In this document: positions 14,914 through 28,410 of the stretch, piece after piece
How the letters are laid out: each line of letters starts with the position of its first letter
Position numbering within the stretch: position 1 is the first letter of the stretch
Assembly: GCF_003918875.1 (NCBI RefSeq)
Contig: NW_025766669.1
Location: 3,472,001-3,536,000, forward strand
Direction of reading: 5' to 3'
DNA: 64,000 nt
Source: Haliotis rubra
Taxonomy: Eukaryota
The notes under the pieces: model-generated
What the model saw: only the letters and a program-made list of their open reading frames with translations
What the model was told of the DNA's origin: nothing
Databases searched by the model: none
Position numbers and translations under genes: made by a program

Positions 14914-15741
14914 ATGAAGGGAGGAAACAAAAATATGAAGAACCTGGATGAGAAATTTGTGTTCTGTGCAGTTATGGGAGATAGTATGGTAGGAAAGACC
15001 AGCATCTCCGAGACCTATTCTAAGGGATTCTTTAATGAGAATTCTGAAACCACAGTATTTGACAACTATGTCGTTCCACTGCAAGTCGCTGGAGAGGAGT
15101 TTGTCATCAGTATGTTCGACACTGCAGGAAAGGTATGTTTACTCAGATGGTCGCTTAAATTCCGCGTTAACAATGAGAACAGAACCAGTTACTATGTAAA
15201 AGGAATATAGGATTAAATATTTCACATTCTGAATTTACAGGAATGGTTCCTATCAATATATTTCAAAGCATCTACGTTTTTCTTCTTTCAATATGTACAC
15301 ATTGTACTGACCGTCCCTTCTAATTGTTTTCAGAAACGTTTTGAGAGTCTGAGAATGTTCTCCTACCAGGAATGTGAAGTCCTGCTTCTGTGTTTCTCCA
15401 CCTGTGACCGGAAGACATTTCACACTGTCAGTGACCTGTGGATGCCAGAACTGAAGAGACACTCCAAACAAACCAAACAGAAGAGACCGGTCATCCTTGT
15501 TGGCACCAAGATAGACCTCCGGGTCGGCAATCAAGACAGCGAGGTCAGCACTGACGAGGGTGTCCAACTGGCCAAGGACATTGGTGCTGACTGTTATGTG
15601 GAGTGCTCGGCCCGCGACCACAAGGGTTTGAAGGAGGTCTTTCAGCATATTGTCTTCTCCGCTCTCAAATTCAGGAAAAAGAAAACCAACATTTTCAAGA
15701 AGCTGTTCAGACGCAGAAGTGCCTCTTTTGCCAATTATTAA
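14914..15741 (+). CDS. Atypical Rho-family small GTPase, array copy 4 (B type), intact, 208 aa
   Basis: join(14914..15132,15334..15741) with a phase-0 GT-AG intron. G1 GDSMVGKT, G2 TVFDNY, G3 DTAGK, G4 GTKID, G5 ECSA. C-terminus KFRKKKTNIFKKLFRRRSASFANY, no CAAX. Confidence 0.93.
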
Positions 15742-16102
15742 ATTCAACACACTGTTATTTGATGAAAGAAAGAAATACACTGCAAGTTATCTGAATGGGT
15801 GTATGAATGTTGGTGCTACGCCAATGAAACTGAATGTAACATCGTTGGTTGATCTTCAAAGAGGTTTATCCCTGATTGCACACTTGGGTTGGATTGAGAT
15901 AATGGATGTCACCCAATTGAGCAAAGCAGGTGCAGACGAAAAAATTGGTGATGTGCTACTTTATTTATACGTGATATTATAACAAGGTCTTTAAGAAATG
16001 GAAGACTGATTAGTGCTATTTACAACCCTTGTCTTATGTCTGTTACTATGACAATATGAATTTCATATATTCTACTTTTTATTGTTATCTGTATATGCCT
16101 TC

Positions 16103-16108
16103 AATAAA
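16103..16108 (+). terminator. Putative polyadenylation signal of copy 4
   Basis: AATAAA ~360 nt after the stop, followed by a T/GT-rich stretch. It is retained downstream of all array copies, including the diverged copy 7 3' UTR (~29687). Confidence 0.55.
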
Positions 16109-17649
16109 CTATCCATGTTATATATATTTGTTAGTGTCTTGTCTATATATCTCTTAAATGGATACCTTTTTGGACACGTTCAGCTCACAAGAAACACTAG
16201 AAACCTTTTCCTAAAATCATACGAAGCATCAGATCAAAAAACATGATCCGTTGCACAATATGTCAACAACATGTATTTATTAAACACTATGAAATAGTGT
16301 TGATGCCAGGTATTCACGAAAAGATCAGTATATTTTGCTCTCACCAGTACCAAACACAAAAAGTCGAGTTTTTACCTCGAGAAACTCTCACATCAAGCAG
16401 CTTGTGAGAAATAGCATTATGATGGGTCGTATTTCTGGCAATCATGATAGAAAGAACTTGCTGGAATGTTCCTCAAAGTCGTGAAATGAGGACAACAACG
16501 GCTGAAGCTCTTGGAATGTTACACAAAAAACGAAAGTTGACATCTGAACTTATCTCTCTTGTAGGATGGACCTGTCTACAGTTCTGTCACACTTACTCCT
16601 TTTGCTCAGATTTAAATATGAATTCTCACTGGTCACTACATTTGCAAGCTGAGGTAGATAAATCAGTGTCAATAGGAATTGACAGTTTGACAATTATTGA
16701 AATCAAATCACATTATCGATATATACGCATGAAGCTTAAGTTAAACTTCTTGTCCAAATTTCCATGCCAAACAACGTACAAGTATTTGGTTTCTGACAAG
16801 ATTATGTTGTACTAGGACTGAACAGCGAAACATGAATGTTTCAAGTGACTGCTTTACGAATATGAAAATGTAGATGCACACAATATTGACTTGTTTGTAC
16901 AATAAAAGTGAGTGTGAAGAGACTACATTTACCTGTTATGTACTTCGACTGTAAAATAGATACCCATGTGGTCTCTTTTAATCCGGAATTGGAAAGGTGT
17001 TGCTATTGTTTCAATGACAAAGTTTACACTGATCTTGATATTCACTCCGTATACACTTTGATTAATGCTATACGAGAAACAGCTTTACTGACATTTATTA
17101 ACGTAGCCAAAAATGAATAATACAAGTTCCTTCACGTGCGGCGACATGTCTTGATATCTTAACTACTTTCTGCCTTTCGAAACGTCCCAGTTACATGTTT
17201 CCTTCCAACTCAGAAATTAATGGAGTTTAATTCCTACTCTGAAATTAACAGTAAATTAACAATACTGTGACAACGTTTGCCTGGATTGATTGTGTGACTC
17301 CTTGTATACGTGTCGAACACCGAAGTTCGGGAAACACGTATCTGTATTCATGCTGTAATCTGAGTGTACAGTAATGAGGGTGACTGTCTGGAGGTGTTAT
17401 TTCACCACTTATACATAAGCTGTCACTCATCTTGTGGGTTTTCCGGATCACTGACGACGTATCACACATGGCTGAAACGGACATACATGTTGTTCATCCA
17501 AACGATCCGATAAGAAAACATTGTTATATTGATACTGCATTGCTAATCCTTTTATTTGTGTTTATAATCTTACAACAGACAAGTACCACCATCTCCAGTA
17601 AGAGAAGTTGTTTGTTCAACAATAATGTCTGATTTGTTACTTCACTGAT

Positions 17650-17891
17650 GACCCGTGAAGATCCGGGTTAGAATTGATCTTCAGTAACCCATGCTTGTCA
17701 TAGGAGGCGACTAACGGGATCGAGTGGTCCGATTCGCTGACTTGGCCGACACATGTCGTATCCCAATTGCGTAGATCGATGCTCATGCTGGTGATCACTG
17801 GATTGTCTGGTGCAGACTCGATTATTTACAGACCGCCACGACATAGCTGGAATATTGCTGAGTGCGACGCAAAACTAAACTCACTCACTCA
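17650..17891 (+). mobile_element. SINE-like family A (array-duplicated copy)
   Basis: Same element and site as 1256-1500. Confidence 0.9.
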
Positions 17892-19175
17892 CTTCATTGA
17901 TAGTTTCTGACTTAAATAGTACAAGGTGTAACCCAATGCTTAGAAAGCCCAGTTTGATGGCGTCAACATCAAGAACCAACATTTCACTTGGATGTTCATA
18001 TGACATTTAGCCAAACACCTCAGAAGCATCCAAATGCACACATTGCATTGTCTCATTTTTAAAAGCATTTCTCGTCTTCCTGTTTTACCAACTTCCAAAA
18101 GTCAAGCAATGACTTTAATAAACATGTCACATCTACCTACACATACTGATAATGTTCTTTTACAACACAGAAACCAACTCAAGCCCCTCGAAGTAACCAA
18201 GGTTTTGTTGGACAAGTTCTGTTCGTCTGTCTTCCATCCAACGCCGCCTTATCTTTATTTTCAAGGAAAACAACCACATTCATTTGTATGAATCCAATCA
18301 GCCGTGTTTGCTTAGCCCCTCTGAAGCAGACAAATACAGAATTAGACGTATATTTCACAGAATTCCTCTAATTTGAAAGATACTAATAATTAGTAAACGC
18401 ATCTGCATATATTGAACCAGACGCTGGAAATATATGCTGTTTAGACTGGGACAAAAGCATAAATTAAACGAAAAACAAGCAAAGATCTCCCAAACAAATA
18501 TATGTTTGGGAAAGAAAAAACTGAAAACATTCTCACCCCTGACTATGTAATATTTCCTGAAATACTTTAGTGCTGTGGTAAACAATATAACAAACAGGTG
18601 ATGGTAACATCTGACAGGTAACGTCAGACATTCATAAAACACCGTACATCAAATCAAAAACAAACACATGAGGCAGTCAAATTGCAAAACTTAATCATGT
18701 ATGAGGGAGCAAAATTGCTAACACTTTCCATTCAAATAAACTGTTGGAGTTGAATTTGCAGTGATGTTATTTTAATACTGAAACTCATTTCGTGTCTCTT
18801 CCATCTGTATTGTTTCACACAGTTACCAATTATCCAGAGAGACTAATCCCTACATTTGATTAATCCAATCCGACGTATTTGCTTAACCACTCAGAATTAT
18901 ACAACGAAGTAACACAAGAAAACATATTGGCAGTAGTGTTATGTGTGACTGGTCAAGCGTTCAGAGAAACAAATACTCTAATTAGACAGCTACTGATCAT
19001 TGTCTGTCGATCACGAACGAGACAGCTCAAGACGATCATCTCAGACTTTGACACTGATACTTCCCTAATTAGAGGTTAAGTCTTCTGATTGGTCGGGAAT
19101 ATCTTTATATTAAAATCTTCACAAGGTACTAACAGCAAACGTGTTGTAGATTTAGATCGATAAACAAGCTTAAAC

Positions 19176-20001
19176 ATGAAGGAAGGAAACAAAAATATGA
19201 AGAACCTGGATGAGAAATTTGTGTTCTGTGCAGTCATGGGAGATAGTATGGTAGGAAAGACCAGCATCTCCGAGACCTATTCTAAGGGATTCTTTAATGA
19301 GAATTCTGAAACCACAGTATTTGACAACTATGTCGTTCCACTGCAAGTCGCTGGAGAGGAGTTTATCATCAGTATGTTCGACACTGCAGGAAAGGTATGT
19401 TTACTCAGATGTTCACTTAAATTTGCGTTAACATTGAGAACAGATCCATTTACTATGTAAAAGGAATATAGGATTAAATATTTCACATTCTGAATTTACA
19501 GGAATGGTTCCTATCAATATATTTCAAGGCATCTATGATTTTCTTCTTTCAATATGTACACATTGTACTGACCGTCCCTTCTAATTGTTTTCAGAAACGT
19601 TTGAGAGTCTGAGAATGTTCTCCTACCAGGAATGTGAAGTCCTGCTTCTGTGTTTCTCCACCTGTGACCGGAAGACATTTCACACTGTCAGTGACCTGTG
19701 GATGCCAGAACTGAAGAGACACTCCAAACAAACCAAACAGAAAAGACCGATCATCCTCGTTGGCACCAGGATAGACCTCCGAGTAGGGAATGAAGACAGC
19801 GTGGTCAGCTCAGACGAGGGTGTCCAACTGGCCAAGGACATTGGTGCTGACTGTTATGTGGAGTGCTCGGCCCGCGACCACAAGGGTTTGAAGGAGGTCT
19901 TTCAGCATGTTGTCTTCTCCGCTCTCAAATTCAGGAAAAAGAAAACCAACATTCTCAAGAAGATGTTCAGACGCAGAAGTGCCTCTTTTGCCAATTATTA
20001 A
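19176..20001 (+). pseudogene. Atypical Rho-family GTPase, array copy 5 (A type), 1-nt frameshift
   Basis: Exons are 19176-19394 and 19595-20001. The T run has 3 instead of 4 T (AAACGTTTGAG), giving TGA at 19610-19612. G4 reads GTRID. A homopolymer sequencing error is possible. Confidence 0.7.
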
Positions 20002-23000
20002 ATTCAACACACTGTTATTTGATGAAAGAAAGAAATACACTGCAAGTTATCTGAATGGGTGTATGAATGATGGTGCTACGCCAATGAAACTGAATGTAAC
20101 ATCGTTGGTTGATCTTCGAAAAGGTTTATCCCTGATTGCACACTTAGGGTGGATTGAGAAAATGGATGTCACCCAATTGAGCAAAGCAAGAGCAGACGAA
20201 AGACATTGGTGATGTGCTACTTTATTTATACGTGATATTATAACAAGGTCTTTAAGAAATGGAAGACTGATTAGTGCTATTTACAACCATGTCCTGTGTC
20301 TGTTACTAATGACAATATGAATTTCATATATTGTACTGTTTATTGTTATCTGTATATGCCTTCAATAAACTATCCATACTATATATATTTGTTAGTGTCT
20401 TGTCTATATATCTCCTTAAATGGATACCTGTTTGGACACGTTCAGCTCACAAGAAACACTATAAACCTTTTCCTAAAATCATACGAAGCATCAGATAGAA
20501 TATGTCAACAACATGTATTTGTTAAACACTATGAAATAGTGTTGATACCAAGTATTCACGAAAAGATCAGTATATTTTGCTCTCACTAGTCCCAAACACA
20601 AACAAGTCGACTTTTTACCCCGAGATACTCTCAGATCAAGCAGCTTGTGAGAAATAGCATTATGATAGGTCGTCTTTCTTGCAATCATGATAGAAAGAAC
20701 TTGCTGGAATGTTCCTCAAAGTCGTTAACTGAGGACAACAACGGCTGAAGCTCTTGGAAAGTTACACACACACACAAAAAAAGTTGACAATTGAAGTCAT
20801 CCCTTTGTCATAAGGTCTCTTTCACAGTTCTTGTCACACTTAATCTTTATGCTCAGATGTAGATATGAATTACATGAGGTGGTTTCACTGGTCTCTACTT
20901 TTACAAACTCATTTAGGTAAATCGGCGGAGAGGAACTGGTTTAACAACTATTGAAATCATATAAGATTATCGCTACACATGAAGCTGACGTTATACTTCT
21001 CGTCCAAATCGCCATGCGAGAGCAACGCATTTGGTTTCTGCAAGAATATGCTGCATAAGGACTGAAGAGTAGAACAAGACTATCCCACGTGACTAATTGA
21101 CGAATATGAAAATGTATGTGTACAAATTATAGACATTTGTTTGTATAATAAAAGTGAATGTGAAGAATTTAGATTCGTGTCCAAATAACATGTTACTAGT
21201 ATATATTTGGGCTATAGCATATACACACATGTGATCTTTTTTACTCAGGAATTGGAAAGGTTGTGGTATGTTTTTAATGACAAAGCTTACAGTGATCGCG
21301 ATATTCACTCCATACATACATGTACTTTGATCGATTAATCCTATACGATAAACAGCTTTACTGACGTTTATTTACGTAGCTCAAAATTAATAATACGAGC
21401 TCCTTCGCGTGCGGTGATACCTCTTTATATCTTAGCCATTTTCTGCCTAGCTCAGAAAACGTATATCTGTATTCATGCTATAACCTGAGTGTACAGTAAT
21501 GAGCGTGCCTGTCTGGAGGTGTTATTTCAGCACTTATACACAGGATGTCATTGATTTATTGGTTTTTCGGGATCACTGACGACATGTCACAAATGGCCAA
21601 CGATCAGAAAAGAAACAATATCATATTGATGCAGTATTGCTGATCATTGTATTCTTGAAAAGATACGTACCACCACCTCCAGCCAGAGACGTTGTTCACT
21701 CCACAAACATATCCGATTTATTACTTCATTGAGGTTTTCTGAGTTAAATACTACAAGGTGTAACCCAATGCTTAGAAAGCCTAGTTTGAATATGTCCACA
21801 TCAAAGAACCAGCATTCCCCTCGATGTTCATATGACGTCTTGCTGAACACTTCAGAAGCATCCAAATGCACATATTAATTTGCACTTTCATTGTCGCATT
21901 TTCAAAAGCATTTCACGTCTACTTGTGTTGCCAAAAATCAAAAGACAAGCAATGAACACGTCACGTCTACCTACACATAAAAACGGTGCTGATAATGTTC
22001 TTTTACATCGCAAGAAAAACAGCTGATGAACTTCTAAGGAACCGAGGTTATTGGACAGGATCTGTTTGTCTGGCTTCCGTCCACCGCCACCTTATCCCTT
22101 TATTCAAGGAAAACAACCCATTCATGTGTGTGTATCCAATCAGGTGTGTTTGCTCAGCAACTCTGAACCAGACAAGTACATGATCTTCAACCTTATATTA
22201 GGCGTTTGTTTTCACAAGACTTACTCTAATTAGACAGATGCTAATAATTAGCAAACACATATGGCTGTTGGACCAGACATTAGGGATAGATGCTGTAAAG
22301 ACATAGACAAATACATGAAAGAGAAAAACAACAACAACATCCTATTCAAAAATTCTCCTCCGAGATAATGTAATGTTTCCGAAAATAGTGTTTGGCATTC
22401 AGTTCGATAACTTGCAAACAACTTGATAACATCTGAGGTATATCATGACCAATGAAGGTATGAGTGTAAAGGACACCTTGCATATTGGCGGGAACTGGCA
22501 TTGTGCATACATGCACATATTTTACAAAAAAAATCACCTGAACACTTTTTTAAAATTGTTCACCTTCAGGGAGATAATATATAATTTATTACAATTTTCT
22601 TAATCGTTTTTTTCAAAACATCGTACATCTCTACTACAAATAATACAGGAATCATTGCTAGAGGCTGACGAAAGAAATTCTTGCAGAGTGAAAATCGGTA
22701 AGTGTGAGCATTCATTCAAGTTGATATCTACATCTAACTGTCTGTGAAATAGTCTAGTAGGATATAAAACAACGTCTCCGCTTTCCACTCAAATAAACCA
22801 CAGCACAGGGGTTAAAGTGATGTAATTTTAACAATGAAACTCATTTCGTGTCTCTTCCATCTGTATTGTTTCACACAGTCTCAATTATCCAGAAACACTA
22901 ATCCCTTCATTTGATTAATCCAATCCGACGTATTTGCTTAACCACTCAGAATTAGACAACGAGGAACACAAGAAAACATACTGGCAGTGGTGCTATATGT

Positions 23001-23243
23001 GACTGGTCAAGCGTTGAGATCCAAACAAATACTCTAATTAGACAGCTACTGATCATTGTCTGTCGGTCACAAACGAGACAGCTCAAGACGGTCATCTCAG
23101 ACTTTGACGCCAGTGAGAGCACGTGATACTTCCCTAATTAGAGGTTAGTCTTCTGATTGGTCGTGAATATCTTTATATTAAAATGTCCACAATGTACTAA
23201 CAGCAAACGTGTTGCAGATTTGGAACAATAAACAAGCTTAAAC

Positions 23244-24071
23244 ATGAAGGGAGGAAACAAAAATATGAAGACCCTGGATGAGAAATTTGTGTTCTGTGCA
23301 GTTATGGGAGATAGTATGGTAGGAAAGACCAGCATCTCCGAGACCTATTCTAAGGGATTCTTTAATGAGAATTCTGAAACCACAGTATTTGACAACTATG
23401 TCGTTCCACTGCAAGTCGCTGGAGAGGAGTTTGTCATCAGTATGTTCGACACTGCAGGAAAGGTATGTTTACTCAGATGGTCGCTTAAATTTCGAGTTAA
23501 CATTGAGAACAGAACCAGTTACTATGTAAAAGGAATATAGGATTAAATATTTCACATTCTGAATTTACAGGAATGGTTCCTATCAATATATTTCAAGGCA
23601 TCTACGTTTTTCTTCTTTCAATATGTACACATTGTACTGACCGTCCCTTCTAATTGTTTTCAGAAACGTTTTGAGAGTCTGAGAATGTTCTCCTACCAGG
23701 AATGTGAAGTCCTGCTTCTGTGTTTCTCCACCTGTGACCGGAAGACATTTCACACTGTCAGTGACCTGTGGATGCCAGAACTGAAGAGACACTCCAAACA
23801 AACCAAACAGAAGAGACCGGTCATCCTTGTTGGCACCAAGATAGACCTCCGGGTCGGCAATCAAGACAGCGAGGTCAGCACGGACGAGGGTGTCCAACTG
23901 GCCAAGGACATTGGTGCTGACTGTTATGTGGAGTGCTCGGCCCACGACCACAAGGGTTTGAAGGAGGTCTTTCAGCATGTTGTCTTCTCCGCTCTCAAAT
24001 TCAGGAAAAAGAAAACCAACATTTTCAAGAAGATGTTCAGACGCAGAAGTGCCTCTTTTGCCAATTATTAA
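23244..24071 (+). CDS. Atypical Rho-family small GTPase, array copy 6 (B type), intact, 208 aa
   Basis: join(23244..23462,23664..24071). Same G-box motifs as copy 4, with the variant ECSAHDH. Confidence 0.93.
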
Positions 24072-25942
24072 ATTCAACACACTGTTATTTGATGAAAGAA
24101 AGAAATACACTGCAAGTTATCTGAATGGGTGTATGAATGTTGGTGCTACGCCAATGAAACTGAATGTAACATCGTTGGTTGATCTGCAAAGAGGTTTATC
24201 CCTGATTGTACACTTGGGTTGGATTGAGATAATGGATGTCACCCAATTGAGCAAAGCAGGTGCAGACGAAAGACATTGGTGATGTGCTACTTTATTTATA
24301 CGTGATATTATAACAAGGTCTTTAAGAAATGGAAGACTGATTAGTGCTATTTACAACCTTGTCCTATGTCTGTTACTAATGACAATATGAATTTCATATA
24401 TTCTACTTTTTATTGTTATCTGTATATGCCTTCAATAAACTATCCATGTTATATATATTTGTTAGTGTCTTGTCTATACATGTATATCTCTTAAATGGAT
24501 ACCTGTTTGGACACGTTCAGCTCACAAGAAACACTAGAAACCTTTTCCTAAAATCATACGAAGCATCAGATAAAAAACAGGATCCGTTGTACAATATGTC
24601 AACAACATGTATTTATTAAACACTATGAAATAGTGTTGATGCCAGGTATTCACGAAAAGATCAGTATATTTTGCTCTCACTAGTACCAAACACAAAAAGT
24701 CGAGTTTTTACATCGAGAAACTCTCACATCAAGCAGCTTGTGAGAAATAGCATTATGATGGGTCGTATTTCTGGCAATCATGATAGAAAGAACTTGCTCG
24801 AATGTTCCTCAAAGTCGTGAAATGAGGACAACAACGGCTGAAGCTCTTGGAATGTTACACAAAAAACGAAAGTTGACATCTGAACTTATCTCTCTTGTAG
24901 GATGGACCTGTCTACAGTTCTTGTCACACCTACTCGTTTTGCTCAGATTTAAATATGAATTCTCACTGGTAACTACTTTTGCAAGCTGAGGTAGATAAAT
25001 CAGTGTCAATAGGAATTGACAGTTTGACAATTATTGAAATCAAATCACATTATATATAGGCACGAAGCTTAAGTTAAACTTCTTGTCCAAATTTCCATGC
25101 CAAACAACGTACAAGTATTTGGTTTCTGACAAGATTATGTTGTACTAGGTCTGAACAGCGAAACATGAATATTTCAAGTGACTGCTTTACGAATATGAAA
25201 ATGTAGATGCACACAATATTGACTTGTTTGTACAATAAAAGTGAGTGTGAAGAGACTACATTTACCTGTTATGTACTTCGACTGTAAAATAGATACCCAT
25301 GTGGTCTCTTTTAATCCGGAATTGGAAAGGTGTTGCTATTGTTTCAATGACAAAGTTTACACTGATCTTGATATTCACTCCGTATACACTTTGATTAATG
25401 CTATACGAGAAACAGCTTTACTGACATTTATTAACGTAGCCAAAAATGAATAATACAAGTTCCTTCACGTGCGCTGACATGTATTCATATCCCAACTACT
25501 TTCTGCCTTTCGAAACGTCCCAGTTATATGTTTCCTTCCAACAATATACTCTGAAATTAACAGTAAATTAACAATACTGTCACAGCTTTTGCCTGGATTG
25601 ACTGTGTGACTCCTTGTATTCGGGAAACACGTATCTGTATTCATGCTGTAATCTGAGTGTACAGTAATGAGGGTGACTGTCTGGAGGTGTTATTTCACCA
25701 CTTATACATAAGCTGTCACTCATCTTGTGGGTTTTCCGGATCACTGACGACGTATCACACATGGCTGAAACGGACATACATGTTGTTCATCCAAACGATC
25801 CGATAAGAAAACATTGTTATATTGATACTGCATTGCTAATCCTTTTATTTGTGTTTATAATCTTAGAACAGACAAGTACCACCACCTCCAGTAAGAGAAG
25901 TTGTTTGTTCCACAATAATGTCTGATTTAGTACTTCACTGAT

Positions 25943-26180
25943 GACCCGTGAAGATCCGGGTTAGAATTGATCTTCAGTAACCCATGCTTGTCATGGGAGG
26001 CGACTAACGGGATCGAGTGGTCCGATTCGCTGACTTGGCCGACACATGTCGTATCCCAATTGCGTAGATCGATGCTCATGCTGGTGATCACTTGATTGTC
26101 TGGTGCAGACTCGATTATTTACAGACCGCCACGACATAGCTGGAATATTGCTGAGTGCGACGCAAAACTAAACTCACTCA
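25943..26180 (+). mobile_element. SINE-like family A (array-duplicated copy)
   Basis: Same element and site as 1256-1500. Confidence 0.9.
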
Positions 26181-28347
26181 CTTCATTGATAGTTTCTGAC
26201 TTAAATAGTACAAGGTGTAACCCAATGCTTAGAAAGCCCAGTTTGATGGCGTCAACATCAAGAACCAACATTTCACTTGGATGTTCATATGACATTTAGC
26301 CAAACACCTCAGAAGCATCCAAATGCACACATTGCATTGTCTCATTTTTAAAAGCATTTCTCGTCTTCCTGTTTTACCAACTTCCAAAAGTCAAGCAATG
26401 ACTTTAATAAACATGTCACATCTACCTACACATACTGATAATGTTCTTTTACAACACAAAAACCAACTCAAGCCCCTCGAAGTAACCAAGGTTTTGTTGG
26501 ACAAGTTCTGTTCGTCTGTCTTCCATCCATCGCCGCCTTATCTTTATATTCAAGGAAAACAACCACATTCATTTGTATGAATCCAATCAGTCGTGTTTGC
26601 TTAGCCCCTCTGAAGCAGACAAATACAGAATTAGGCGTATATTTCACAGAATTCCTCTAATTTGAAAGATACTAATAATTAGTAAACGCATCTGCATATA
26701 TTGAACCAGACGCTGGAAATATATGCTGTTAAGGCTGGTACAAAAGCATAAATTAAACGAAAAACAAGCAAAGATCTCCCAAACAAATATATGTTTGGGA
26801 AAGAAAAAACTGGAAAAAAACTCACCCCTGACTATGTAATATTTCCTGAAATACTTTAGTGCTGTGGTAAACAATATAACAAACAGGTGATGATAACATC
26901 TGACAGGTAACGTCAGACATTCATAAAACACCGTACATCAAATCAAAAACAAACACATGAGGCAGTCAAATTGCAAAACTTAATCATGTATGAGGGAGCA
27001 AAATTGCTAACACTTTCCATTCAAATAAACTGTTGGAGTTGAATTTGCAGTGATGTTATTTTAATACTGAAACTCATTTCGTGTCTCTTCCATCTGTATT
27101 GTTTCACACAGTTACCAATTATCCAGAGAGACTAATCCCTGCATTTGATTAATCCAATCCGACATATTTGCTTAACCACTCAGAATTATACAACGAAGTA
27201 ACACAAGAAAACATATTGGCAGTAGTGTTATGTGTGACTGGCCATGCGTTCAGAGAAACAAATACTCTTATTAGACAGCTACTGATCATTGTCTGTCGAT
27301 CACAAACGAGACAGTTCAAGACGATCATCTCATCCCTTTATTCAAGGAAAACAACCCATTCATTTGTGTGTATCCAATCAGGTGTGTTTGCTCAGCAACT
27401 CTGAACCAGACAAGTACATGATCTTCAACCTTATATTAGGCGTTTGTTTTCACAAGACTTACTCTAATTAGACCGATGCTAATAATTAGCAAACACATAT
27501 GACTGTTGGACCAGACATTAGGGATAGATGCTGTAAAGACATAGACAAATACATGAAAGAGAAAAAAAGCAAACATCCTATTCAAAAATTCTCCTCCGAG
27601 ATAATGTACTGTTTCCGAAAATAGTGTTTGGCATTCAGTTCGATAACTTGCAAACAACTTGATAACATCTGAGGTCATATCATGACCAATAAAGGTATGA
27701 GTGTAAAGGACACCTTGCGTACTGGCGGGAACTGACATTGAGCATACATGCATATATTTTATAAATAATCACCTGAGCACTCTCTAAAAATTGTTCACCT
27801 TCAGGGAGATAATACATAATATATTACAATTTCTTTTTTCCAAAACATCGTACATCTATACTACAATTAATACAGGAATCATTGCTAGAGGCTGACGAAA
27901 GAAATTCTAACAGAGTGTAAATAGATAAAATGTGAGCATTCATTCAAGTTGATATCTACATCTAACTGTCTGTGAAATAGTCTAGTAGGATATAAAACAC
28001 CAACTCCGCTTTCCACTCAAATAAACCACAGCACAGGGGTTAAAGTGATGTAATTTTAACAATGAAACTCATTTCGTGTCTCTTCCATCTGTATTGTTTC
28101 ACCCAGTCTCAATTATCCAGAAACACTAATCCCTTTCTTGGATTAATCCAATCCGACGTATTTGCTTCACTACTCAGAATTAGACAACAAGGAGCACAAG
28201 AAAGCATGTTGGCAGTATTGCAAAGTATCACCGGTCAAGCGTTGAGATCCAAACAAATACTCTAATTAGACAGCTACTGATCATTGCATGTCGGTCACAA
28301 ACGAGACAGCTCAAGACGGTCATCTCAGACTTTGACACCAGTGAGAG

Positions 28348-28410
28348 CACGTGATACTTCCCTAATTAGAGGTTAAGTCTTCTGATTGGTCGGGAATATC
28401 TTTATATTAA
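28348..28410 (+). promoter_or_regulatory. Putative core promoter of copy 7 (E-box, inverted CCAAT, TATA-like)
   Basis: CACGTG 28348-28353, ATTGG 28385-28389, TTTATATTAA 28401-28410, ~65 nt before the ATG. The ATTGG/TATA-like pair is present upstream of all 7 array copies. Confidence 0.6.
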
